Source: Terracidiphilus sp.
GTDB taxonomy: Bacteria; Acidobacteriota; Terriglobia; Terriglobales; Acidobacteriaceae
Direction of reading: 5' to 3'
Length of the DNA stretch: 63,495 bases
Assembly: GCA_035604995.1 (NCBI GenBank)
Contig: DATNHL010000287.1
Location: forward strand, 1 to 63,495
Below, piece after piece: positions 10,548-20,440 of the stretch; within the stretch, counting starts at the first letter, position 1, and every line of letters begins with the position of its first letter. Under the pieces are notes generated by a model, which was not told the origin of the DNA, did no database searches, and saw only the letters and a program-made list of their open reading frames with translations. The translations under genes were made by a program, and so were the position numbers.

Positions 10548-10814
10548 TTAGTTCATTGCCTCGATCTGCGCCTCGATCTGCGTCAGAGCCGCTTCCAGCG
10601 CTGCCCGCCGGGCCGGGTTCGAGGTCCTCTGCGACAGGATGTTTTCCCGCTGCAGATGGAGCGCCTGCTTCTGCCGTTCCTTCACGGAGCGGGCCTGGTC
10701 CGCCACACGCCGCTGGTCTTCGCTGACAAACTCATTGCCGGCGCCGGCCTCCGGTTGCTGCAGTGCATTTGCCATCTGATCCTCCACGGATTTACTTTCC
10801 CAACCACGAGCCAT
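10548..10814 (-). CDS. Hypothetical helical protein (MARGWESKSVEDQ...)
   Basis: Fills the gap between SDR and MDR genes; charged, coiled-coil-like composition. Confidence 0.75.
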   Translation of the reverse strand: MARGWESKSVEDQMANALQQPEAGAGNEFVSEDQRRVADQARSVKERQKQALHLQRENILSQRTSNPARRAALEAALTQIEAQIEAMN

Positions 10815-10894
10815 ATCTTCATTCTACGAGGGCGTGGCCGCATTGCGTCCCGCGGAATGGAAGTTCATGCCCCCGGCAAGCTGGAGAATTCCTC

Positions 10895-11905
10895 ATGCGC
10901 GTTTGGCAGATTTCGTCGTTTGGCGTTGATTCTTTGGAGTTTGTGGAGCGGCCCACCCCCTCGCCCGAGGCCGGCGAAGTACTGGTCAAAGTGCGCGCGA
11001 TTTCTTACAACTATCGCGATCTGCTGGTCATCAAGGGGCTCTACAACCCAAAATTGAAGCTGCCGCGCATTCCCTGCTCCGACGGCACGGGCGAGGTGGC
11101 GGCGGTGGGGGAGGGAGTGACGGCGTGGAAGCCGGGCGACCGGGTGGCCGCCATCTTCATGCAGAACTGGCTGGACGGGCCGCCCACCGCCGCCAAGAGC
11201 CGCCGCGCCCTGGGCGGCGACATCGACGGCATGCTGACCGAGTACGTGGTTCTCAAGGAATCGGGCCTGGTGGCCATCCCCGAGCACCTCAGCTTTCAGG
11301 AGGCCGCCACCCTGCCCTGCGCGGCCGTCACGGCCTGGAACGCGCTGTCGGTAGGCGATCTAAAGCCCGGCGCCACCGTGCTCATTCAGGGAACCGGCGG
11401 GGTCTCCATCTTTGCCCTGCAACTGGCGCGGCTTCGGGGCGCGCGCGTTCTGGGCATTTCATCGAGCTACGAAAAGCTTGAACGCGCTTACTCGCTGGGC
11501 TTGGACGCGGGCCTCAACTACAAAGAAAACCCGGATTGGGACCGCTGGGCGCTGGAGGAAACCAGCGGCGAGGGAGTAGATCTGGTGGTGGAAGTGGGCG
11601 GCGTGGCCACTCTGCCCCGCTCGCTGCGCGCTCTGCGCATCGGCGGCGCCATCGCCCAGGTGGGCGTGCTCACCGGCCCGGCCGATTCCAGCCCGTTTCC
11701 TGTCTCCTCCGTGCTCCACAAGCAGGTCCACCTGCAGGGCATCTATGTCGGTTCGCGGAAAGACTTCGAGGACCTCAACAAGGCCATCACCCTGGCCGTG
11801 CTGCGCCCGGTTGGCGAGAATTTCCACTGGTCGCAGGCCCGCGAGGCGCTGGCCCGCATGGAAGAGGGCAGCCATTTCGGAAAGCTCGTCCTGACTGTGG
11901 GCTGA
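10895..11905 (+). CDS. MDR family NAD(P)-dependent alcohol dehydrogenase/quinone reductase
   Basis: SYNYRD, PCSDGTGEV, LPCAAVTAWNAL, QGTGGVS, HFGKLV; SD ggaga before ATG 10895. Confidence 0.92.
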   Translation: MRVWQISSFGVDSLEFVERPTPSPEAGEVLVKVRAISYNYRDLLVIKGLYNPKLKLPRIPCSDGTGEVAAVGEGVTAWKPGDRVAAIFMQNWLDGPPTAAKSRRALGGDIDGMLTEYVVLKESGLVAIPEHLSFQEAATLPCAAVTAWNALSVGDLKPGATVLIQGTGGVSIFALQLARLRGARVLGISSSYEKLERAYSLGLDAGLNYKENPDWDRWALEETSGEGVDLVVEVGGVATLPRSLRALRIGGAIAQVGVLTGPADSSPFPVSSVLHKQVHLQGIYVGSRKDFEDLNKAITLAVLRPVGENFHWSQAREALARMEEGSHFGKLVLTVG

Positions 11906-11970
11906 GGCGCGGATCGGGGCTCATCGGCCGCTTGTTGTGTGGTCCACGGCGCACGGCAGAGGTGCGAGCG

Positions 11971-13572
11971 TCAGTCCATCTTTCCAGTAAACTGCTCACG
12001 CAACTCCCGCCGGAGCACCTTCCCGGTGTGATTCATCGGCATGGCGCCGGGCGAGAGAATCCAGATGCGGCGCGGAGCTTTGTAGGCGGCGAGGTTCAGG
12101 CGGCACCAGTCGAGCAGGTCGCCGGCGCTGGCCTGGGAGCCCTGCATCAGTTCGACCACTGCCACGGGAATCTCGCCCTTCTCCTTGTGCGGCAGGCCGA
12201 AGGCGGCGGCGCGGGCCACGGCCGGATGGGCCATCATGGCCTCTTCCAGCTCGCGGACGTAGACCGAGTAGCCGCCGGACTTGATGACGTCTTTCATGCG
12301 CCCGACGAGGCGGATCAATCCCAGACGGTTGCGGGTGGCCAGGTCGCCGGTGCGCAGCCAACCGTCGGCGGTGAGCAGTCCCTCGCTGTCGCTCCGATCC
12401 TTCCAGTAGTGCGGCGAGAGGCCGCGGCGGCGGATCTGGCACTCGCCCGTCACGCCGGCTTTGACCGGCCGCCCGCTCTCGTCGGCCACGCGAATGTGAA
12501 ACGGCGGCACGGGGAAGCAGAGGTCGCCGCTGCCGGGCAGGAAGGAGAGATCGATCCCCATCATGGCCAGGCCGCCCAGTTCCACCATGCCGTATCCGTT
12601 GATGAGCACGGGCGGGATGCGGCGGCCAAACGGGAGCCTGAGCAGGGCGCCGAACTGGCGCATGCGCTCCCGGACTTCAGAGGGCAGGTGATCGCTGGCC
12701 GAGAGCCACAGGCGCACGCTGGCCAGGCGGGCGGGGTCAGGGTTGCTGTTGACCAGGCGAGCGAACATTGTGGGCACGCCGACGATGGCGGTGACGCGAA
12801 GTTGTTCGGCAAGGTCGAGCGCGGAGGCAACGTCGAAGCGATCGAGGACGCAGCCGCGAATGCCGGCCATGAGGCCGTAAAGGGCGATGCTGACGGCCAT
12901 GATGTGGGACCAGGGCAGGGCGATGAGGGCCAGGTCCTTGTGTCCGAGGAAGAGGCCAGCCAGCACCGAGGACGAGCGCGCCCCGAGCAGCGCCCGGCTG
13001 GAGAGCGCTGCCCCTTTGGGAAAGCCGCTGGTGCCGGAGGTGTGAAAGACGGCCACGGTGGCGCCTGGGTCGATGGCAGCCGGCGGGAAGGACGCGCCGG
13101 CGGCGGCCGGGCGCAGGAAGCCCGTGAGCGTCTCGTGCTCGTCGTCGGACTGGATCCAGGTGCGCACATTCAGCGCCTGGCGGTCCTGGATGTTGCGCTC
13201 GAAGACCGCCTTGTCGGTGACCAGAATCTCCGTGCCGCTGTTGACGAGAATGCGGCGCACCTCCGCCACGGTAAGCATGGGATTGAGCGGAACCGCGATG
13301 CCCCCGGCGCGGACAACGGCCAGGAACCAGTGCAGGCACAGCCGGTCGTTGGTGCGATAGATGGCGACGGGCTCCCCCGGAGCGAGCGCGACCGTGCGGC
13401 GGAGAAACGCGTCGAGGCCGCGGATGCTGGAGTGGAGCTCGGCGAGCGAGTAGGAGCCGTTTTCGTCTACCGAGACTTCGCAGTCCCCCCTGCGCCGGAC
13501 CAGCTCATCGACCAGGTTGGCGACCGTGACGCTGCGGTCGCGCGAGAGTTGAAAGCGTTCGAAGATGTTCAT
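11971..13572 (-). CDS. AMP-dependent acyl-CoA synthetase/ligase
   Basis: HTSGTSGFPKG, GYGMVE, WLRTGDL, GRMKDVIKSGG, TGKVLR; ATGA overlap with upstream reductase. Confidence 0.92.
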   Translation of the reverse strand: MNIFERFQLSRDRSVTVANLVDELVRRRGDCEVSVDENGSYSLAELHSSIRGLDAFLRRTVALAPGEPVAIYRTNDRLCLHWFLAVVRAGGIAVPLNPMLTVAEVRRILVNSGTEILVTDKAVFERNIQDRQALNVRTWIQSDDEHETLTGFLRPAAAGASFPPAAIDPGATVAVFHTSGTSGFPKGAALSSRALLGARSSSVLAGLFLGHKDLALIALPWSHIMAVSIALYGLMAGIRGCVLDRFDVASALDLAEQLRVTAIVGVPTMFARLVNSNPDPARLASVRLWLSASDHLPSEVRERMRQFGALLRLPFGRRIPPVLINGYGMVELGGLAMMGIDLSFLPGSGDLCFPVPPFHIRVADESGRPVKAGVTGECQIRRRGLSPHYWKDRSDSEGLLTADGWLRTGDLATRNRLGLIRLVGRMKDVIKSGGYSVYVRELEEAMMAHPAVARAAAFGLPHKEKGEIPVAVVELMQGSQASAGDLLDWCRLNLAAYKAPRRIWILSPGAMPMNHTGKVLRRELREQFTGKMD

Positions 13573-14675
13573 GCAACTGGAACCGGTTTGCGGCCCCATT
13601 CGCTGGCCACGCAGTAATGAAAGAGGCGGTCTAGATAGTCGAGCACCGGCGGCGGCGTAAGGCCGGCGGGGCCGAGCAGGCGCTCAGCGTTGGTGGTGTC
13701 GAATTGCATGCGCATGGTGAAGTAGTCGCGGTAGGCGCGGCCGTCGCGCAGCACGCGGCGCTTGCGCCCCCATAACGTCATGAACAGTAGCGGGCGCACC
13801 AGGGCGAAGAATAATTTCGGATCGACGTAGCGCGCTTCCGGCGCGTTGAAGTACTCCGCTGCGCGCTGCGCGATCTCGTGGATGGTGGCGCTGCCGCGCG
13901 GCCCGGCGCAGAGATGGACCGTGCTGCCCATGGCTCCTTCGTCAAAGGCTAGGCGCGCCACCGAGGCGGCGACGAAGTCGACCGGCACAATGTCGAGCAC
14001 GGCATCGGGATAGCCGGGCACAGTGCGCCACAGGCGGCGCGCGTAGATCTTCAGCGGCCAGTACATCATTTTGAAACTGGAGGTGACGCCGGTGCGCGAG
14101 TCGCCCACGATGATGCTTGGACGCAGGATGACGCCGGGGAGTGAGCCGAGCCGGGAGCGGACCAGCGCCTCAGCCTCGGCCTTGGTCTGCTCGTAGGTGT
14201 TGCGGTAGCCCTGACCGACGGCCAGCTCGTCTTCGCGCACTAGGTCGGAGCGCTCGCCGGCCACATACGCCGTTCCGACGTAGGCCAGGCTGCGGAGTTG
14301 GCGCGCGCCGGCGGCGAAGTCCAGAATGCGGCGCGTGCCCTCGACGTTGACGCGGCGGGCTTCGTCCAGCGAGTGGTCGAAGCGCACGGTAGCGGCGGAG
14401 TGAATCACGCGCGTGGTCTCTGCGGAGAGCCGTTGCCAGGCCGCGTCGTCCAGACCGCAGTTGGGCTGGCTCACATCGCCGGAGAAGACTTCCACGCGGT
14501 GGCGCTGGTCCGCGGGCACGATCGCATCGGTACGCTGCCGGCCGGATTGGCTTGCGGTGGAGCGGATGAGCAGGGCAAGCTTGGCGTCGGGCTGACGATC
14601 CAGCAGTTCACGCACCAGGCGCGCGCCCAGAAAACCGGTTGCGCCTGTGACAAGAATCAGTTCTTCGTTCTTCAC
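13569..14675 (-). CDS. Thioester-reductase / fatty acyl-CoA reductase-like extended SDR
   Basis: LVTGATGFLG, IHSAATVRF, YEQTK (YxxxK), LRPSIIVG, VPVDFVA; GTG start chosen after SD gaggt. Confidence 0.88.
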   Translation of the reverse strand: MKNEELILVTGATGFLGARLVRELLDRQPDAKLALLIRSTASQSGRQRTDAIVPADQRHRVEVFSGDVSQPNCGLDDAAWQRLSAETTRVIHSAATVRFDHSLDEARRVNVEGTRRILDFAAGARQLRSLAYVGTAYVAGERSDLVREDELAVGQGYRNTYEQTKAEAEALVRSRLGSLPGVILRPSIIVGDSRTGVTSSFKMMYWPLKIYARRLWRTVPGYPDAVLDIVPVDFVAASVARLAFDEGAMGSTVHLCAGPRGSATIHEIAQRAAEYFNAPEARYVDPKLFFALVRPLLFMTLWGRKRRVLRDGRAYRDYFTMRMQFDTTNAERLLGPAGLTPPPVLDYLDRLFHYCVASEWGRKPVPVA

Positions 14676-14985
14676 TCGGGAGACGACCTCAGGATGCAAA
14701 CGACTCGAAGACCGGGAAACGATGACCTTTTGGATGCGGAAATGACAAGCAGACCTCTGCCTTAGTATAGCCCGGGAGGCCATTCCGGCCGGGCGCGAAG
14801 CTCGCGAGGTCGAGGTCAAGCCTTCCGACCCAAAACGCCCCTGTGCCTCCCGAATCGAACTCCACCCCGTTGTTCACCGGGTTTTCACCGTCCTGTCACC
14901 GTCCGCCTCTCCCATCAAGCTGTATCTTGGAAGCATCTTACCGAGTAGAATTAGTTCCCCGCCTCCGCGGGGAACGGAGAGCCCC

Positions 14986-17481
14986 ATGAGCGAGATTCCT
15001 GCCGTGAAGCTGTGGCATCCTGAATCGCAAAAACACCAGCGCACCGCCCTCGGCGTTGAAGCCCTGGCGCAGTCTTTCCTGGACAACCTGTTCTTTGTGC
15101 AGGGCCGCTCGACGGAGCGCGCCACGGTGAACGACCTTTACATGGCTCTCGCCCACACGGTCCGCGACCGGCTGGTGGAGCGCTGGATTTCGACAGTGAA
15201 GAACTACCAGGCGCAGGATGTGCGCGTGGTCTGTTACCTTTCGGCCGAGTTCCTCACCGGCCCGCACCTGGCCAATAACCTCATCAACCTGGGCATTTAC
15301 GACGAGACCGAGCAGGCCATGCGGCAGCTTGGCCTCGACTTGAATGTGCTCATCGAGCAGGAAGAAGAACCGGGCCTGGGCAACGGCGGGCTGGGCCGTC
15401 TGGCCTCCTGCTTCATGGATTCCCTTGCTACCCTCGACGTTCCCGCCATCGGCTATGGGATTCGCTATGAATATGGAATCTTCGACCAGCAGATTCGCGA
15501 CGGCTGGCAGGTGGAAACCACCGACAAATGGCTCCGCCTGGGCAACCCCTGGGCCCTGGAACGGCCGGAGGACGCCTTTGAGGTAAAGCTGGGCGGGCGC
15601 ACCGAGTCGCATACCGACGCCAAGGGCCGCATCCATGCCAACTGGATTCCCCAGCGCGTCATCCGCGGCATTCCGCACGACACGCCCATTCTCGGGTACA
15701 AGACCAACACCGCCAACACCATGCGCCTCTGGTCCGCGCAAGCCGTCGAGAGCTTTGACTTCAGCACCTTCAACACCGGTGACTTCTTCGGCGCCGTCGC
15801 CGACAAAGTGGACTCGGAGAATATCTCCAAGATTCTCTACCCTAACGACGAGGGCTATCAAGGCAAGCAGTTGCGTCTGGAGCAGCAGTTCTTTTTCGTC
15901 TCCTGCTCGCTCCAGCACATCGTCAAGATCCAGGGCCATGCAAACCGGCCCCTGGCCGAGCTGCACCGTAGCTTCGCCATCCAGATGAACGACACCCACC
16001 CAGCTATCTCGGTAGCCGAGCTCATGCGGCTCCTGGTCGATGAGCACGGGATGGAGTGGGACACCGCTTGGAACGTCACGCAGCACACGCTCTCCTACAC
16101 CAACCACACCCTGCTGCCCGAGGCCCTCGAGCAATGGCCGCGCCGCCTCTTCGGTGCCCTGCTGCCCCGCCACCTTGAGATCGTCGACGAAATCAACCGC
16201 CGTCACCTGGAAAACGTCCGCCAGAAGTTCCCCGGGGACGAAGACCGGGTCCGCCGCCTCTCGCTCATCGATGAAAACGGCGAAAAGTACGTCCGTATGG
16301 CCCACCTCGCCTCCCTCGGCAGTCATGCTATCAACGGCGTCGCCGAGTTGCACACCGAGCTGCTCAAGACTCACGTCCTGCGCGACTTCTACGAACTGAC
16401 CCCGGAAAAATTTTCCAACAAGACCAACGGCGTCACGCCCCGCCGCTGGATGGTCCTCGCCAACCCCGGCCTCACCCAGCTGCTCACCGCCCGCCTCGGC
16501 CACGGCTGGATTCACGACCTGGACAAGCTGCGCCGCCTTGAGCCCCTCGTCGACGACCCCGAGTTGCACGAGGAGTGGCGCGCCATCAAGCTCCAGAACA
16601 AGGTCAAGCTTGCCACCTATATCCAGGACCATCTCGGCATCGGCGTCGATCCTGCCTCCATGTTCGACGTGCTGGTCAAGCGCCTGCATGAGTACAAGCG
16701 CCAGCACCTGCAGGTGCTGCACATCCTCACGCTGTACAAGCGCATCCAGCAAAACCCCGACGTTGAAATCGTGCCCCGGACTTTCCTCTTTGGCGGCAAG
16801 GCCGCGCCCGGCTATCGCATGGCCAAGCTGATCATCAAGCTGATCCACAGCGTGGGCGAGGCCACCAACTCCGATCCGCTGGTGCGCGGGCGGCTCAAGG
16901 TCGTGTTTCTGCCCGATTACAGCGTGAAGCTGGGCCAAAGGGTCTATCCCGCGGCCGACTTGTCTGAACAAATCTCGCTGGCCGGCAAGGAAGCTTCAGG
17001 CACCGGGAACATGAAGTTCGCCATGAACGGAGCACTGACCATCGGCACCCTGGACGGCGCCAACATCGAGATACGCGAAGAAGTGGGCGCGGATAACTTC
17101 TTCCTCTTCGGACTTACTGCGCCGGAGGTGGAGCAGCGCAAGCGCGAGGGCTACCATCCTCGCGACATCTATAACTCGAACGCCAACCTCCGCGAGGTCC
17201 TCGACTCGCTCTCAGGCGGCGAGTTCTCCCACGGAGACCGCACGCTGTTCGAGCCTCTGGTGGGTGGACTTCTCAACGGCGATGACTACATGCTGCTGGC
17301 CGATTACCAGTCGTACATCGACTGCCAGGACCGCGTCAGCGAGGCCTACAAGAACCACGAAGCCTGGACCCGCATGTCGATCCTCAATGTGGCGCGCATC
17401 GGCAAGTTTTCCTCCGACCGCTCCATCCGCGACTACTGCGCCGACATCTGGAAGACCTGGCCGGTGAAGATCCAGTTATAG
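14986..17481 (+). CDS. glgP: Glycogen/maltodextrin phosphorylase
   Basis: GLGNGGLGRLASCF, QMNDTHP, KRLHEYKRQHL, EASGTGNMK (PLP lysine), IGTLDGANIE. Confidence 0.97.
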   Translation: MSEIPAVKLWHPESQKHQRTALGVEALAQSFLDNLFFVQGRSTERATVNDLYMALAHTVRDRLVERWISTVKNYQAQDVRVVCYLSAEFLTGPHLANNLINLGIYDETEQAMRQLGLDLNVLIEQEEEPGLGNGGLGRLASCFMDSLATLDVPAIGYGIRYEYGIFDQQIRDGWQVETTDKWLRLGNPWALERPEDAFEVKLGGRTESHTDAKGRIHANWIPQRVIRGIPHDTPILGYKTNTANTMRLWSAQAVESFDFSTFNTGDFFGAVADKVDSENISKILYPNDEGYQGKQLRLEQQFFFVSCSLQHIVKIQGHANRPLAELHRSFAIQMNDTHPAISVAELMRLLVDEHGMEWDTAWNVTQHTLSYTNHTLLPEALEQWPRRLFGALLPRHLEIVDEINRRHLENVRQKFPGDEDRVRRLSLIDENGEKYVRMAHLASLGSHAINGVAELHTELLKTHVLRDFYELTPEKFSNKTNGVTPRRWMVLANPGLTQLLTARLGHGWIHDLDKLRRLEPLVDDPELHEEWRAIKLQNKVKLATYIQDHLGIGVDPASMFDVLVKRLHEYKRQHLQVLHILTLYKRIQQNPDVEIVPRTFLFGGKAAPGYRMAKLIIKLIHSVGEATNSDPLVRGRLKVVFLPDYSVKLGQRVYPAADLSEQISLAGKEASGTGNMKFAMNGALTIGTLDGANIEIREEVGADNFFLFGLTAPEVEQRKREGYHPRDIYNSNANLREVLDSLSGGEFSHGDRTLFEPLVGGLLNGDDYMLLADYQSYIDCQDRVSEAYKNHEAWTRMSILNVARIGKFSSDRSIRDYCADIWKTWPVKIQL

Positions 17482-17508
17482 GGCGCCGGGAACGGTCTTC
17501 CAAGGGTG

Positions 17509-17564
17509 GACCATTTTACGATGAGTCGTAAAATGGTCTGGACTTTTTTACGACTCATCGTAAA
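17509..17564. repeat. Nested palindrome/inverted repeat downstream of glgP (terminator or binding site)
   Basis: 13-bp stem gaccattttacga/tcgtaaaatggtc with 4-nt loop; inverted copy ttttacgactcatcgtaaa at 17546-17564. Confidence 0.7.
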
Positions 17565-17753
17565 TTGCTCCTCATGAGCATTACGCGGTTTCAGGCCACA
17601 ACTCGGAGCGGGCATTCTGACTCGCACCTACGAATGATCTTCGTCTTCGCTGCGTGCCTTGAAGCTCCCAACAGGCTCTCGGTTCCATGTCCGCCGTTCT
17701 CCGCCGCAGTGCGATAATCTCGAATACAGGCACTCTTCCCTCCCCAGCACCGG

Positions 17754-17876
17754 GTGAATCCCTTGATCGTCGAAATTGAAGCGCTGACCAAAATCCATGA
17801 GCCCAGGCGGCGCGTGGTGGCCGTGGACGGCATCGACCTCGAACTGAAACAGGGCGAGGTTTTTGGGCTGCTCGGG
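17754..17876 (+). pseudogene. 5' fragment of ABC transporter ATP-binding gene
   Basis: LIVEIEALTKIH...VAVDGIDLELKQGEVFGLLG breaks off before the GxGKT part of Walker A. Confidence 0.7.
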
Positions 17877-18052
17877 ATGACAGCTCATTTGTTTACCAGG
17901 CATTTAAACAGGAGTGATGGATTCCGATGCAACCCAGGACCGCTCCGGGAAATACCGACCAAAATTGACAGGGACGGTCACATTTTGGAGCGGCGGGTGT
18001 CTTATAAGTTGTAATCAGGTTACAGCCCTTCCGGCGTATCATCCCCCGGCGT

Positions 18053-20386
18053 ATGATCAAGGATAGTTTGGGCATCTTGCCGTACTTTGAACAATTCGCA
18101 GTTGCTTCGCCTACGAAACATAAGAGTGGGGATAAGTGTGCGCACTCGTGCCGCCTTAGTCCGCCGCTGAGGGCCGTTGCCCTGCTTCTGGCCCCGGCGC
18201 TGCTGGTGGCGGCAGGCTGCACCAACGTGCGCGTGGCTGCCGACCCCTCGAATTCGAGCTTTTCCATCTCGCCCGGAACCGGCTCCATCGACACTAATTG
18301 CACCGGCTGCAACACGACCAGCTCCCAGGGCACGTCGGTGGAGCAGTTCACGGCCATGCTGGCGGGCGGAGGCGCGGCGGCCGTCATCTGGTCGGTGAGC
18401 GGCGGCGACGCGAACAGCGGGCCCGGCACCATTACCGCCGCGGGCCAGTACACGCCGCCCAGCTACCTGACCGCCGACCGGGTGCAGGTGGTGGTGACGG
18501 CCACGCTGAACGCAACCACCACGGCAACCTCGGTGCTGTCCGTGACGCCGGGATTCCTGCAGCCGCTGACGCCGGAAAACGCGGCCCTGGGCCCCAACGG
18601 GCAGACCACCATTACCGCCTACCTGGCTGAGGCCGGCGGCGAAACTGGAATCTCCTTTGCCCTTGCGGGCTCTGCCTCGGGCTCGTCGGGCGGGCAGGGA
18701 TCGCTGGGCTCGACCAGTTGCCAGCGCGGTGCGCAGGCCTTCACCTACTGCACCGTCACCTACTCGGCTCCGTCGTCGATTGCCTCCACTGTCGTGACTT
18801 ACGTGGTGGCTACGGTGGGCGCGTCCGCCTCAAAGGCCAATGCGGAGGTGCTGCTGAATACCGCGGGCGTCGCGAGCACCCCGGCTAGCCACCAGGCGCA
18901 ACTGGCGGCGCCGGTGGAGCTCGGCTCCACGGGCGGCAACAACATCGACTACGACACGCAGGGCAACCAGGTTGCCGACTGCTGCGGCGGGACGCTCGGT
19001 TCGCTCATTGAAGACGGCAATGGCCGCGAGTACCTGCTGAGCAACAACCACGTGCTGGCGCGCAGCGACCAGGCCACCGTGGGCGACACCATTGTGCAGC
19101 CGGGGCTGATCGACAACAACTGCGTTCCCTACGGCGACGGGCCCGGCACTGCATCAATCGGCTCGCTGACCAGTTGGCTGCCGCTAAGCTCCGCCACCAC
19201 CAATGCCGACGCGGCCATCGCGCAGGTGACGGCCGGGGCGGTGGATGCGACGGGCAGCATTCTGGAGCTGGGCACGCGGCAGGCAGACGGCACATTGGCC
19301 GCTGCTCCGCCCGGCATCTCCTCGACAGGCGGGAAGGGCGAGACGGCGAGCCTCAGTCTGAACGTAGCCAAGAGCGGGCGCACTACTGGTCTCACGTGTG
19401 CCAGCATCTCGGCGCTCGCCCTCGACGTCAACGTGGACTACTTCACGGACTGTGCGGAAACCAAGCCCTACGTGACCAAGACCTTTACCAACCAGTTGGC
19501 CATCACCGGCAACCAGTTCAGCGATGCGGGCGACTCGGGTTCGCTTGTGGTGGATACTGCAAATTCCGAGCCGGTCGGCCTGTTCTTCGCCGGAGGAGTG
19601 GATGGCGCTGGAGTAAGCCAGGGCATCGCCAACCCCGCGCCCGACGTACTGAAGGAGCTGAGCGCGCAGGGCGGCGGCATCAGCTACGCCTTCGTGGGCA
19701 CGGCCGATCATGCGGTCAGCTGCCTCAACTACGGCGACAACACGGTGGCCGCAGCGCAGACGCGCACACTCAGTGACTTCGAGGCAGTGCGCAGCCAGTT
19801 GGCGCTGGCGCAGGCGCGGATGCTGGTAAACCCATCGGCGGGAATCCTGGGTGTGGCTACCGGAAGGAGCACCGATCACCTCGGCGAGGGCGCGGTGCTT
19901 GTGTTTGTGGACGAGAACATGGCCACGGCCGCGCCCGCAACGGTCGACGGCGTGCGCTCGCTGGTGATTCCGACCAATGCCCGGGCGGTGGCACTGGGCT
20001 CAACTCCGCAGACGCCTCTCGAGGCCGCTCCCGCTGCTCTGCCGGCAGCAGTGCTGAACGCTGCGGTGGCCGTCAAGCAGCAGGTGGCGCGCAACCTGAT
20101 GCGGGAGAATCCAGCCTTCTTCGGCGTGGGCGTGGGCCAGAGCCTGGACAACCCCAAAGAAGCGGCGTTGGTGATCTATGTAGACCGCAAGAAGCTCCCC
20201 CCGCAACTGCCGGCAACCGTGGCCGGGCTGCGCACCCGCTACCTGGTGATGGACCGCCTGCACGTGACGCGCTCGTACGCGACGCCGCTCCAGTCCAGAT
20301 CGCACTGTATGGCCCATACGACGGGCAGAGCGACGGGCTTCGGTCCTCTCGACCTGGAAAGGCCCCGGAGCTTGAAGCTGAACTGA
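18053..20386 (+). CDS. Secreted/lipoprotein trypsin-like (Nal1-type) serine protease with Ig-like N-terminal region
   Basis: Lipobox LVAAGC; triad motifs LSNNHVLA, ADAAIA, FSDAGDSGS; KSGRTTGLT; exact start uncertain. Confidence 0.8.
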   Translation: MIKDSLGILPYFEQFAVASPTKHKSGDKCAHSCRLSPPLRAVALLLAPALLVAAGCTNVRVAADPSNSSFSISPGTGSIDTNCTGCNTTSSQGTSVEQFTAMLAGGGAAAVIWSVSGGDANSGPGTITAAGQYTPPSYLTADRVQVVVTATLNATTTATSVLSVTPGFLQPLTPENAALGPNGQTTITAYLAEAGGETGISFALAGSASGSSGGQGSLGSTSCQRGAQAFTYCTVTYSAPSSIASTVVTYVVATVGASASKANAEVLLNTAGVASTPASHQAQLAAPVELGSTGGNNIDYDTQGNQVADCCGGTLGSLIEDGNGREYLLSNNHVLARSDQATVGDTIVQPGLIDNNCVPYGDGPGTASIGSLTSWLPLSSATTNADAAIAQVTAGAVDATGSILELGTRQADGTLAAAPPGISSTGGKGETASLSLNVAKSGRTTGLTCASISALALDVNVDYFTDCAETKPYVTKTFTNQLAITGNQFSDAGDSGSLVVDTANSEPVGLFFAGGVDGAGVSQGIANPAPDVLKELSAQGGGISYAFVGTADHAVSCLNYGDNTVAAAQTRTLSDFEAVRSQLALAQARMLVNPSAGILGVATGRSTDHLGEGAVLVFVDENMATAAPATVDGVRSLVIPTNARAVALGSTPQTPLEAAPAALPAAVLNAAVAVKQQVARNLMRENPAFFGVGVGQSLDNPKEAALVIYVDRKKLPPQLPATVAGLRTRYLVMDRLHVTRSYATPLQSRSHCMAHTTGRATGFGPLDLERPRSLKLN

Positions 20387-20440
20387 TTGCCGGGCAGCGA
20401 GACTCTGCGCATCTTCTGCGTGGGAGATTTGCTGTGTTCC

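Noticed and set aside
11536-13617. Long antisense/alternate-frame ORFs (also 14938-16971, 27617-29041, 32192-33892, 37600-39666, 60278-61792)
   Set aside because: Shadow ORFs of high-GC genes; they overlap well-supported CDSs and have no family motifs
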